DNA of 62,958 nt, filler included, from Octopus bimaculoides (Eukaryota): assembly GCF_001194135.2 (NCBI RefSeq). It is 7 parts of 6 records of this genome, joined end to end, with 100 filler letters (N's around TTAATTAATTAA, not from the genome) between each part and the next. Parts side by side here need not be neighbours in the genome. Positions count along the whole stretch, not along the records: positions 20,430 to 35,015 come from NC_068997.1; positions 35,116 to 42,582 come from NC_068982.1; 5 more parts are not named here. One strand, written 5' to 3'. Under the pieces are notes generated by a model. The model had not been told where the DNA came from, searched no databases, and worked only from the letters and a program-made list of their open reading frames with translations. Within the stretch, counting starts at the first letter, position 1. Each line of letters starts with the position of its first letter. Positions 27,866 to 40,285 of the stretch are shown piece after piece. Both the position numbers and the translations under genes were made by a program.

Positions 27866-28543
27866 ACTGATGTGTTATATACATACGTGCGCTCATACAG
27901 ACACTCTTTATGCATACACACATAGACACGATATTAGTTGCCACACACATACACCACACGCGTATTTGAAGTTGTGTAAGATGTGGTGTGTGTGATGTTA
28001 TGTAAATGTGTGCGTATGTATGTTATAGAAGCGTATGTCACATTCTTACTCATGCACAATCATTTTCAAGCCGAAATGGGAATCTGTATGTAGTAGCTCG
28101 ACCAACTAGAAGTAACATACATATATACATACATCACCCACACACACACTATGTTTTTAAAAAATAAAATACAGGGTGGTCACTGGCGAAGCGCTTTTGA
28201 TCGTTCAGTGTTGATTTGAACCTAAACAGCATCTTTTTTTCCACATTGTTGGTGTCATCGTTAGGTTCCTGAATCAGTTCTGATAAAAAAAAAAAAAAAT
28301 TAAAAAAAAGGATATTGACCAAAGCAGCCAAGCAATGATCATCCCATTTTCTATTCAGGAAAAGTGGTTTTATTTTCTTGTTGCTTCACAACGTCCCTAG
28401 TATCCTCGCATTTTACTGGTCCACTTACAACAATAACTGGGTTTTTTTTTTATTTCAAGATAGTACAGTGTAGTCCGAGTGAGAACACGCTACTATTTCT
28501 TGCAGTTCAAGTGTCACATAGGGACTTCCTCCTTGACTCATTT

Positions 28544-28590
<47 letters not shown>

Positions 28591-29919
28591 GGTTATATAT
28601 CATATAAGAGACCAAAGTGTACAAGGACGGGTCACTTGGAGTTTTCTTTCCTCCGTTGAATTCCAGATTATCGTGTTCGGCCAAGCCTGATCTTTCTTTC
28701 TTGGTTCAGCCATTGTCCGTGCAACATCTATAATTCTGCCTGTGAAATCTTGTATCCCTGCTGTAAGGCCTTATTTCCACAACGCCAGCTTAATTTAATT
28801 CATCCTTAGTTGAAAGACACCTGTTGTTATGTCCTGTTATTTGTATTTGTGTAACATTCTCTGTTTTTTTCCGTCCTTGCTTTCGTATACATTTGCTGCT
28901 TTCTTCCAAGGAATCTAATGCTCTTAGCTTAGTTTTTCCTTGGGACTGGCCAGATTGGAGCAATCATGAGTATAACCAGCAGAAATTGCAAAGATAATCT
29001 GGAACTTGACTGAGGAAAGAAAACTCTGAATGACGCGTCTTTGTTTTCTTTGTATCGTCTATGTGGATGTTTTGTTGTCCCTTTTTTGTATCACCTGTCT
29101 GGATGTTTTGCCTTCTTGTCCCATTTTGTATTTTTTATTTATATTTATATAACATATATATATATATATAGTTGAAATTTATAGAAAAACGAAAGACGAA
29201 GACAGATGTATGAACAACAAGCAAGTGTATTAGTTTGACGCTCATGAAAAATGAAAGTCTTTTACGTTTCAGGCCTATGCTCTCCAACATAAAGGAATAA
29301 GAGAAAATAAACAGAGAGAGAATGAAAAAAAACTTGTAGATTTCAGCAGTCCAACATGAATGTGTGTGTGTGTCTGTGTGTGTGTCTGTGTGTTTACTTC
29401 CGAACGACATAGTTCTAGGTTGAGTCTCACTGCATGACACTTCAGGCAAGTGTCTTCTACTATAACCTCAGACCAACTAAAGCCTTGTGAGTGGATTCAT
29501 TAGCTGGAAACTGAAAGAAGCTTGTCATGTGCGTATGTGTCACCTATATATGTCCCCGTCACCAGGCTTTAGAAAAAATAAGTACTGCGATCGATTCATT
29601 CGACTAAAATTCTTCGGCATGGCCATAGTCTAACAACTGAAACAAGTAGGAGATAGAAGATAGATGATATATCTTTTACTTTTTTCAGTCATTAGACTGC
29701 GACCATTTTGAGGCATCACCTTGAAGAAACTACCTCAGTACTTTTTTTTTTTAAGCCTGATACTTATTTTGTCAAATCCAGTGCCAAACTGTTAAGTTAC
29801 AGGGAAGTAAACAAACCAACACAGGTTGTTAAGTGGTAGTGGCAGACAGTCAAAGAAAAAGACACATTTTATGTGTTTGTGTGTGTCACACATATACACT
29901 GACATTACACATCCAGCAG

Positions 29920-30769
29920 AGCACATTAGTTTCATTCCTCTCTAGTCTTTGCATGTCTTCTGCATTCAGGGCCCACCATCTCACTACCATGTAGCATTGC
30001 TGTCCATATACATGCATTATACAATCTTCCTTTCACTCAAAGAGAGAGAGAAGAGCCCTTTGGTTGCCAACAGAAGTAAAAGCTCTCTGAATTTTCTCCA
30101 TCTTATTCTTATTCTAGCAATTTCACTTTTTGTACATCCTCTTCCACTGCTAATTAGGTTCCCCAGGTAGCAGAAATTATCTACTACCTCTAAAGAGCCT
30201 CCAGGACACTTGAGAAAATCAATTTCCCAAGTATCTACTTTTAATGTCTCCTGTACATCTTCCACATACAAACACTACTTTCTCTGATAACTTTCCTATT
30301 ATTCCACTGCACATCTTGTGTGTCCATAGCTTGCACTGGGTACACTGTATGGAATTCCTACCAACACCTTTTTCTACATATCAAACTGGGCCATTTATCT
30401 GATGGGGGAGGATCCTTCTGTTTCCTTGCTTACTAGAACCTTATTCTTTGCTAAGTTCATCTTTGGCCCTTTGGTTCCAGGTTTTGCTTCCACACCTGGA
30501 ATTTCTTTTCTAGTTCTGTTACAGAGTCTGCTATGAGAGCAAGATCATCAGCATATAGCAGTTCCCAGGTGCAGCTGGTCTTGAATTTCTCTGTTATGGT
30601 TTGGAGGATGATCATGAATAGGAGGGGACTAAGAACTAAACCTTGATGAATGCCTACCTTTAAACTAAATTTATCACTATACTCTTGGTTTGGTTAACTC
30701 ATCTTACTGACAAAATCTGTGTACATGGCTTGCACAGCTATCACAATCCACTCATCTACCCCTAGCTTC

Positions 30770-30775
<6 letters not shown>
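29920..30775 (-). mobile_element. Decayed RTE-clade LINE (RT core)
   Basis: VGIHQGLVLSPLLF...ELLYADDL; LEVVDNFCYLG...WRKFRELL. Confidence 0.9.
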
Positions 30776-30809
<34 letters not shown>

Positions 30810-31904
30810 ACATGAGTATATGCATATATATGTACATGTATGTACATACCTTCATCTACATGTACATATAGATACATATCTGGGTACATGACGTTGCAAA
30901 AAAAAACATAGACAAAATGTTAAACAAAGTACAAAAAACAAGCAGGCCTCATAGAGAACATATCCTTCATCAGCTGCCACCATTAAAACACTGGCGTTTC
31001 AAAGAGTTAGGGCAGGATGCATCGTTAAAATGGCTCTTCCCATGAACACAAATTAAATTTTTTTCGTGGAGGATAGTGGCGGATGGAGCGCACACACATA
31101 CACACACACACCCTTACAAGTGTGGCTCTGTGGTAAGAAGTTTGCTTCCCAACCTTATGGTCCTGGGTTCTAACCCACTGCTTGGCACCTTGGACAGGTG
31201 TCTTCTACTACAGCCCTGGGCTGACCAAAGCCTTGTGAGTGGATTTGGTTGACAAAAACAGAAAGAAGTCCATCACACATGCACACGTGTGTGTGTGTGT
31301 GTATCTTTTTGCTTGTCCCCCACCATGCTTGACCACATGTTGGTTTGTGTACATCCCCATAACTTAGCAGTTTGGCAAAAGCGATCAATATAATAAATAC
31401 AAAGCTTTAAAAAAATAGGTACTGGGGTCAATTTCTGTTATCAAAATTCTTCAAAATGGTGCACCAGCATTGCTGCAGTCCAATGACTGAAATGAGTAAA
31501 AGATAAAAAATATAGCTATAGCCCAGCTAAAAAAGAAAATCACAGCCTTCTGCTTGTGACAGAGAAGAGTGAAGAGTAAGCTAAGACGTAAAAAGAAATA
31601 TGTATCAATTGCTAGATTCATTAGAGCATTGGGTTAAATGCCTTGAAGTATTTAGTGTCTTTTCCATCAAGGCCAACTTTGTTTTTAATCTGATGACAGC
31701 ACAAAGTGCCAGTCAAGTGTTAGTGTAGATTTATTTTCTTGTAATGTATACCAGAAGTGATTGACATTATAATGGAAGCCTTATATATGTGCATATATGT
31801 AATAGGGATGGGTTTTTTTATGCATGTCTTGTCCAAATTATATTTAATTGATTTATTTTTTATTGTGAGGCTTGAAAGAAATGAAGCCAGCATACTCTGC
31901 TGGA

Positions 31905-32215
31905 TGGGTAATGTCAGTGTGCATGTATGAAAAAGAGTAAGTGATTTGAGAGGAAATTTGAGTATAAGAGGCATCGGATGTGGTGTGCAAGGTGTTTGTA
32001 TGGTCATGTGATGCATATGGATGAGGACAGCTGCATAAAGAAGTACCAATCTCTAATTGTGGAGGGAACATGTGAAAGGGGTAGAATCAGGAAGACATGG
32101 GAGGAAGTGATGAGAAAGGATCTTTAGATGTTGGACCTCACAAAGAGAATGACAGGGGACCAAAGCGCCTGGCAGTTTGTTGTGCTTGACAACATGCCAA
32201 ACTAAGTAAAATCAC
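31905..32215 (+). mobile_element. RTE-clade LINE 3' coding end
   Basis: LYGHVMHMDEDSCIKKYQSLIVEGTCERGRIRKTWEEVMRKDL. Confidence 0.85.
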
Positions 32216-32479
32216 GGCTGTCCATGAATACAAGCATATCCTCTACATCCCTCTCATAGCTGAGAGACCCTAATCTTGTGGGCTCGCGGGTGCTGATACC
32301 ACATAATCATCATCACCATAAATTAACATCCATTGTCCATGCTGCCATGGGTTGGACAGTTTGACCAGGGTTGGCAAACTGAGAGGCTGCATAAAACTCC
32401 AGTCTGATTTAGCATGGTTTTTACGGCTGGATGCCCTTCCTTGTGCCAACCAATCCATGTGTGTAATGGGTGCCAGTTG

Positions 32480-33830
32480 TGTGACATCAGTAACTGTCAG
32501 GGCTATTTCACTTGGCTTGATGGGTCTTTTTCTCAAGCACAACATATTGCTAAAAGTCTCAGTCATTTCTCATTGCTTCTGTAAGGCCCAACACTCAACA
32601 GGTGCTTTTTGTGTGCCACTGTCACAGGTGGCAGATGCCTCTATGAGGCCTAACGCTTGAAAGATGCTTTTTACATGCCATTTATGTGACACTGACACAG
32701 CCACACTGCCTCCATGGGGCCCAACACTCGACAGATGCTTTTTACATACCAGTTATGTGACACTGACATCTGCCATGACTACGATTTCACTTAGCTTGAT
32801 GGGTCTTCTCAAGCATGGCATATTGCCAAAGGTCTCGATCACTTGTCATTGCCTCCATGAGGCCCAATATTCAAAGATCATGCTTCATCACCTCGTCCCC
32901 TGTCTTCCTGGGTTTGCCTCTTCCTCAGTTAGAGATTGGCACCTCTTTACACAGCTGTCCTTGTCCATATGCATCACATGACCATACCAGCATTGTTTTC
33001 TCTCTTGCTCACCACATCTGATGCCTCTTATGCCCAACTTTTCTCTCAAGATGCTTACATTATCATATGTACACACTGACATTGCACATCCAGTGAAGCA
33101 TGCTTATGTCTGCACCTCATATGTCTCCATAGCTTGCACTGGGTACATCTTATGAAATTTCTGCCTACATCCCCCTGAGGGGGATTTGTGATTTGTCTGC
33201 CTTCCTACTTACTAAGACTTTGGTTTTTGCTAGGTTACCTCTAAGACCCTTTGATTCTAGACCTTGCTTCCACACCTGAAACTTCTTCTCTAGTTCTGGT
33301 AGTGATTCAGCTCTAAGAACAAGATCATCAGCATAGAGGAGTTCCCAGGGGCAGCCCATCTTAAATTCCTCTGTTATTGCCTAGAATTCTCTGATGAGCA
33401 AGAGTGGAGCTGAGGACTGATGCTTGTTGTACCCTAGTTGTACCATGAATTCATCACTATACACATTGCCAAACCTCACATTACTGACAGCATCCCTGTA
33501 CATGGCTTGTACAGCTCACACCAACCACTCATCTATCCCTAGTTTCCGCATTGACCACCAGATAAAGGATTGGGGGATCCTGTCAAACGCTTTCTCCATG
33601 TCAATAAAAGCCAAGTACAGAGGTTTGTCTTTGGCTACATACTTCTCCTGCAGCTACCTTACCAGAAATATAGCATCAGTGGTGCTTCTCCCAGGCACAA
33701 AACCAAACTGCATCTCATCTAGACTAACCCTGTCCCTAATTAGTTGGGGTATGACTCTCTCTGTAACTTTAATTACCTAATCCAACCGCTGTAATTATTT
33801 CTAAGGCAAGTCTTTTACCATTGTAGCAGT
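32480..33830 (-). mobile_element. Decayed RTE-clade LINE with internal deletion and subrepeated 3' UTR
   Basis: GCPWELLYADDLVL...KGLRGNLAKTKVL; WYGHVMHMDKDSCVKRCQ; duplicated UTR blocks at 32502 and 32782. Confidence 0.88.
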
Positions 33831-34848
33831 TGACTATGGTACTGTTACACACACACACATATATGATGGGCTTCTTTCAGTTTTGTCTACAAAACCTTTC
33901 AGCGCTTTGGTCGTACTGGGGCTATGATGAGAGACACTTGCCCAAGATGCTGCACACTGGAACTGAATCCAAAATCAATCTTCTTAACCTCAGCTGACCA
34001 AATGAGAGTGGATGGAAAGTGAAAGAATCCCATTGAATACATATATGTATATATATGTATATATATGTGTGTGTGTGTGTATTATTCTTTCTTACGAAAT
34101 ATATAGAACTGCTAAAAAGAAGTGCTCAAGTTGAACCCGAGACAAAAGATAAGAATTAAGATATAAACTCAAATTAGGTAATCATACTCATACATTTATA
34201 AATTTGACTCAAAATGCATATATATATATATATATATTAATACATATTGACACATGTGAATATTTATTTTAATATTTATAAAACATAAATATATAAATGT
34301 ACATAAAAATACATGTAAATAAAACCCATGTGGAATACGTGTGGAAGGAAGTGTGAGGAAAAGAAGACTGAAAAATATTTTTGTACTGAAATTAAGAGCG
34401 GTTGAGAGTTTTGATTAAAAGATCCATAGAGTTTGGTGTGTTTTTTAAAAATATAAATGGTATATAAGGTATAATATACAGTTCAAGGTTCATTTTCAAT
34501 GGCTGTTTCTAGAGTTCATGTCCTGGTAGAAAAATTAATAAACCTTACAAACCATGTGGACAATGTCCCCTTCATCAGGAAAGGTATCCTAACATATATA
34601 TATATATGGGTGCAGGTATGGCTGTGTGGTAAGAAACTTGCTTCCCAACCACATAGTTCCAGGTTCAGTCCCATTGTGTGGCACGTTGGGCAAGTGTCTT
34701 CTACTATAGCCTTGGGTTGACCAAAGCCTTATGAGTGGATTTGGTAGATGGAAATTGAAAGAAGCCCATCATATATATGTATGTGATTGACCGTTGACTG
34801 GACACTATTCAATTTTTTTTCTCCGTGTTTTTCTCCTTGTCTCCGTAT

Positions 34849-34885
34849 TCTTTCTGTTGAAGAGCGTAGCTCGAAACGTCAAAGA
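34849..34885 (+). ncRNA. Minimal type-I hammerhead-like motif, family A
   Basis: ucuuu CUGUUGA a gagc-gua-gcuc GAAA CG UC aaaga: 5-bp helix I, 4-bp helix II, palindromic ACGU helix III, GUC site; A6->U. Confidence 0.6.
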
Positions 34886-35115
34886 CTTTCCGTATTCCCG
34901 AGCGTCATACTAATACATCCTTTTGTTATTTACACCACCTGTCCTCGTCTGTTGTTGTTTTTTCGTACATTCTCCTATATATATGTATATATATATATAT
35001 GTATATGTATATATANNNNNNNNNNNNNNNNNNNNNNNNNNNNNNNNNNNNNNNNNNNNTTAATTAATTAANNNNNNNNNNNNNNNNNNNNNNNNNNNNN
35101 NNNNNNNNNNNNNNN

Positions 35116-35345
35116 TAGGGAAGATGTGGGAGGTGGAGGGGTCGGACTGGAGGCGCCGAAAAGCTCGGAGAATGGAGCGTTGGAGGGGTAGGGTGGTGGG
35201 ATGGTAGGTGAGGGGAAAAGGGAGGCGGGAAACGGCAGGGCGGGTTCGGAGGGAGAGAGCAGATGCACGGTCCACAGAACGTGCTCTGGCAAGGGCGGTG
35301 TGGATGGTGATGGGTGGATATCCACGCAGGCTAAAGTGGTGAGCC
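35116..35345 (-). mobile_element. Penelope-like element coding remnant
   Basis: FSLRGYPPITIHTALARARSVDRASAL...RLPFPLTYHPTTLPLQRSILRAFRRLQSDPSTSHIFP. Confidence 0.85.
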
Positions 35346-35524
35346 ATGAGTCTCAAAGTCATATGTATGCATCCAAAGACACATACCCACACACGTACAC
35401 CAACACATACACAACACACACATATACATAATATATTTATATGTGTGTGTTCACACACATAAAGACAATACTCGCATATATACATTTGTGTATGTATGTA
35501 TGTATGTATGTATGTATGTATGTA

Positions 35525-36062
35525 TGAGAGAGCAGTGCATGCCATCAAAGTGACACTGGGGTCAAATATACGGAGCCCAATATACCCATCATGACTACCC
35601 GTCTGATAAGGGTATACCAGGCACATGCATCACAACCATATGTGCGCGACATGGTGACCTCATATCAAGATAAACAGCACATGATCTCGCAGGTGGGGCC
35701 CAGTTAGAAATTTCTTCAGGTCGAGTAGCCCATCCCGCTCAAAAGGTCCCTAAATAAGGTTTGTTTAAGGATGTTGAGCAAAATACCCATGTTTCCAAAG
35801 GTGAATTATTCAAACCCCAAAGAATTCCTCCCAACACATGGCTATGGCGCTCCCCCACTACTTCTGCTCATGCTTAGAGATGCACATATCATCAACCACC
35901 AAGGGACATGCTCAACTGGTTAAGGTCAAACAACTGACAAGCAAATCTGTGGTATTAAGCAGAATATTTGCTTTTATACCAAGACAAAACAATGTACATG
36001 ATAACACTTCCAATCAATTAAGATCAGAAACCATGAGAGACACTGCCTGGTACTGCATCAGG
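35525..36062 (-). mobile_element. SINE-like repeat family 3, near full length
   Basis: Colinear with 56225-56690 and 58996-59300. Confidence 0.8.
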
Positions 36063-36099
36063 GCATGTATGTATGTATGTATGTATGTATGTATGTATA

Positions 36100-36470
36100 C
36101 GAAGGTGTGCTGAAAAGTTCATAGGCTGACTATAAAAGCATGATGTTCGAGCTGTTAAATCTTGCATGCATTTCAGCCCTTCTTATTAATGCCTTTATTG
36201 TTTCTTTCCAGGTAAACAGACATCTGATTCTTTAAAGAAAACTTAAAAAGTAACTAGTAGCAGTTTCTCTGGAAAAGGACAACATTTGGTATTATCGTGT
36301 TTTCAAGTACTTCAGAAAAAGGGTTTAACTTCCAAAGACATTCATGCTGACATGGCTGCTACACTAGGGGTTGACAATCCAGCTTCATCGACAGTGCAAA
36401 AATGGGCAGCTGAATTTAGGGGGAAAACAGAGAGTCTTGAAGATTATTCAACGTCTGAGTGTCTTTGCAG
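36100..36470 (+). mobile_element. Mariner transposon 5' fragment
   Basis: TA|cgaaggtgtgctgaaaagttc end; HTH KKGLTSKDIHADMAATLGVDNPASSTVQKWAAEFRGKTESLED. Confidence 0.85.
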
Positions 36471-36499
36471 CTACCTACACATTTCTTATTTACTTTTGC

Positions 36500-37796
36500 A
36501 ATGATTTGTGTTTTTTTTTTTGTAGTTGACGGAATTATTGATAAACGTAAGTTCATAATTTACTGACAGAAGTAACTTCAAAAATTTCACTTAAATCCGT
36601 ACACTTAATTAGTTTCCCTAAATATTTCCTATTTACTTTTGTAACGGTTTTGTGTTTTTCTGTTGTTAATGGCTTTTTTCTGATTCCTTCGATACTGGCT
36701 CTTTGGTGGTTCACTAAGTAACAAATTTCGCTTCAACCCGTACAATTCTTTATTTATCTGTAAAAATTTCGTATTTACTTTCTGCCCGTCGTATTAAAAA
36801 ATATAATTTTCGTTACCCAGTTATTTTCATTGTTTACTATCTTCTGCAGCTGTGTATTTCTGTATACGTATATAACTATGCCTAGAAGGAAAGTGTCAAA
36901 TTTGTCTACAATGTCAAGGTCAGCCAAAATTATGTGCCTCTGTCCAAGGAAAGAGAGAGAGAGCTGCAGAAAGGGAAGCATACCAAGAAACGAACAGACT
37001 CTGCACTACAAAAGCCAGAGCACCTCAAAGTGATGAACAGAGGTATGCACGGCTGACAAGGAATAAGATCTCCACTGCAGGACGAATAGCAGTTGCAACA
37101 ATTCAGAGAAGCAACTTCTGTGAAGCAGCTTTCAATTATGATCCAGCAGTTCATTATTTAAATGACACTAGAGTTTCCATTCGTGCAATGACAACTGAGT
37201 GCATACATTGTAAAGCAAGGACGTAGCCTAGAGAGACACCTGCACAGTGCTGCAGTGGTGGAAAGGTTAAATTCCCTGTAATCCTCCAACCTCTAGAGCC
37301 ATTGAAGAAACTGTTGTCATCAACAGACCAAGATTCCAAGCACTTCCAAAACAAAATTAGACAATACAACGCTGCATCATTTGGAACCACAACGCTGACA
37401 TCATTTGGAACCACAAGAGATTTAACTGAGCCAGGATTCATGCAAACTTTCAAGATCCTAGGTCAGATTTATCATCGGATTGACTCTCTACTACCTCTGT
37501 CAAATGAACCACCAAAATCGGCTTTCATTGTTTATAATCTGTGCTTGATTTTTGGTTACGAAATAAGCTACACGTGTTTTTGAATAACGTGTATTTACTT
37601 TATATACACATATGAGTTGAAAACTTTCTCTTAATATTTCACTTAACGTCTATGTTCCATCTAGCATGGGTCGGAGAGTTATTAATGTAGAAAGTTGGTC
37701 TCTCAGTTACTAGCAGTTGAGACCTGCGTAATCTAGAAGGCATTTTAAAATTTCATTATTCTCTTTAACACGTGCAACACCGGGTATATCTGCTAG
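36500..37796 (+). mobile_element. Internally deleted Helitron
   Basis: ECIHCKA...CCSGGKVKFP...SKHFQNKIRQYN...TFKILGQIYHRIDSLLP (Rep N-terminus); 3' end cgtgcaacaccgggtatatctgCTAG|T; 5' boundary approximate. Confidence 0.85.
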
Positions 37797-37806
37797 TATG
37801 CTTATA

Positions 37807-39046
37807 CAGGGGTTGGACAAAATAATGGAAACACCTTAAAATTTCAAACAAATTTATTTCAATATGGTATAGGACCGCCTTTGGCAGTAATTACAGCTTG
37901 AATTCTACACGGTATGGACTCGTACAAAGTTTGAATTGCTTCCAAAGGAATTTTTGTCCATTCTTCAGCTAAAACAGTCTCCAGTTCTTGTAGAGATGAT
38001 GATGGTGGTTATCGACCCATTACTGGTTTTTTTAAAACTCACCATAAATGTTCAATAATATTGAGATCTGGTGACTGTGGTGGTCAGATAAGATGTCCAG
38101 CTTCACTAGAATGTTCCTCGTGCCATTCAGTAACAACTTTAGCTGTGTGAATTGGTGCATTATCATCCTGAAAGATTGCGTTTCCCCCCGGAAACAGTTC
38201 TGAAACCATAGGATGAATTTGATCAGATAAAATGCTTAAATAGTATTCACTATTAATTCTGTCATGAAAGGAAACCATTGGGCCAGCGGATTTCCAAGAT
38301 ATAGTCCCCCAGATCTTCAAAGATCCTACTCCATGTTTAACAGTTGGAAGAAGGTAGTCTGGGTCAAATGCTTCTTCTGACTGTTACTACACGTATACTC
38401 GTCCGAGAAAATAAATTGGTCCACTACTCTCGGGACCAATTCTGTAGGCTCTTACTCCATTCTAAATGCTTTGCAACGTTTGTGTTTGAAAGTAGTGGTT
38501 TTCTGATTGCAGCCCTCCCGTGAAAACCGGGCTTGTACAGCTCCCGGCATACAGTTTTTGTGGAAACTGGGTTCCTGAGGTGGTTATTAAGCTCTGCGAT
38601 AATTTTGGGAGCTGTACTTTTGTAATCCTTTCTAACAATTCGTGTAAGAGTCAGACGGTCCCCATCTGAAAATTTTGGTTTTCTTCGGAATTTTGTTTTG
38701 ACGAGAAGGATTTTTTCCCTCTTTCTCAAAGGCTGTCATTAGTTTCGAGAAAGTACTTCTTGATACACCAAACATTTCGGCTGTTTTCGTTACACTATCG
38801 CCTGCCATACGAGCACCAACAATTTGATCTCTTTGAAAATCCGATAGATCTGTCATTTTAATGAATTTTAATTACCTTTCTCTGATGATATCTGAGAAGA
38901 AACAGCAATTTTAGCAAAACATATTAAGCAACACTAATAATAAATAAAAAAAACATAAAAATAAAGAAGCATTTGACAGTTTTATAGTTTTTTCAGAATT
39001 ATGATGTTATGATGCTAGGTGTTTACATTATTTTGTCCAACTCCTG
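37807..39046 (-). mobile_element. Full-length decayed Tc1 transposon
   Basis: 29-bp TIRs (caggggttggacaaaataatggaaacacc, 2 mismatches), TA at both ends; LSDGDRLTLTRIVR, IWGTISW, IFQDDNAPIHTAK. Confidence 0.95.
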
Positions 39047-39061
39047 TATATACACACATGC

Positions 39062-40228
39062 ATGCATACATACATACAGGATGGCTGCCCCCTTGTTATC
39101 GAGTATGGCCATTGCACGAGGCTTAACCTTTATCGGTGCTGTGATCGAATGTGATTTTTTAGTGCAGCTAAAGATCTACAACGTCTTGGACAGAATTGGC
39201 AGCTAAAACCTTTACTGGCAATAGCCGGCTGTAATTGTAATTGGGCTTCATGTACCTTTGCATGTCGTTAAATTCTCCCACTGTTTCACACACCCTTCCA
39301 CATGGTCGACAGATATGATTATTATGGTGTGTAGCACCATCACCAGCGGCCTGGTAGTCAATCCTCAGTCTCGTTTTATGACTACGATGACTCATGAGCC
39401 CAGCTTTAATGGGGTATGGTCTTGTATAGACACTGCATGCCAGCGTCATAGGAAGACCCTTACCGTCTGGAAGTGCAACAGCGATGCCCTTCCTGACATC
39501 CCTCCTTACTTTCTCATGCGTAACTCGAGATTTCTCAAAAAGTAGCTGTCCTCTCCTCCACAATCCTTCTCCACCTGCCACGGTCAATAGCTATGCCTTC
39601 CCATGTGTTAGGAGAGATGCTAGCATCTTTCAAGGAAGCCTTCAGCAAGTCTTTATACCTCTTTTTTGGTTTATGTGGAGGTCGTTCTCCTTTAGCTAAC
39701 TCTCCATAAAAGAGTTGTTTTGGCATCTTTGAATCTTTCATCCTGACCAGATGACCATTCCATCTGAGCCTTTGCTTCAACACAAGAGCTTCTGTACTTT
39801 CACATCGAGAGCCTTTCAATATCTCAATATCACTGATGCGGTCGTCCCAATTAATGCCATAGATCCGTCTGAGACACATCTGATGGAAACGTTCCAGTTA
39901 TTTAAGGTGGTATCGATATGTGACCCACGTTTCGCAGGCATAAAGAAGAGAAGAGAGCACACACGTCTTGTACACCTTTATCTTTGTCTTCTTGCATATG
40001 TCTCGTCGTCTCCAGAGGCGCCTTTCTAGCCTTCCGAAAGCATCACTTGCTTTCCTAATTCTGCATGGAATTTCACTATCCAAATTGCTATATCTATTAA
40101 CAGTGCTTCCCAAGTAGACAAACTGATCAACTATACCAAGTCTTCTACCATACACATAGATATTCGGTTCACTATACTGCTTACCAGGGACAAGTTGATA
40201 CATCACAACAGTTTTCTTGAGACTGATA
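39062..40228 (-). mobile_element. 5'-truncated RTE (BovB-like) LINE with C-terminal C2H2-like fingers
   Basis: ISLKKTVVM, VYLGS, ASDAFGRL, LLYACETW, RLRWNGHLVRM; few lesions; (TATG)n tail. Confidence 0.93.
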
Positions 40229-40285
40229 TATATAATTGAAAAAATTGGAGTTAACAAGAAGTACGCTTGGACATTTATTTTCAAT

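Noticed and set aside
28200-28300. CTGA followed by poly(A), suggesting a retroposed C/D snoRNA
   Set aside because: No RTGATGA C box or terminal stem.
30967-31050. Hammerhead-like pieces on minus (gaagag/ctcttt stem, GAAACG, downstream CTGATGA)
   Set aside because: No CUGAnGA before the stem, no UH after helix III, and no room for helix I before the downstream CTGATGA; the related copy near 60110-60175 is even more decayed.
35116-35330. G-rich tract suggesting G-quadruplex
   Set aside because: It is the antisense of a Pro/Leu/Ser-rich PLE coding remnant.
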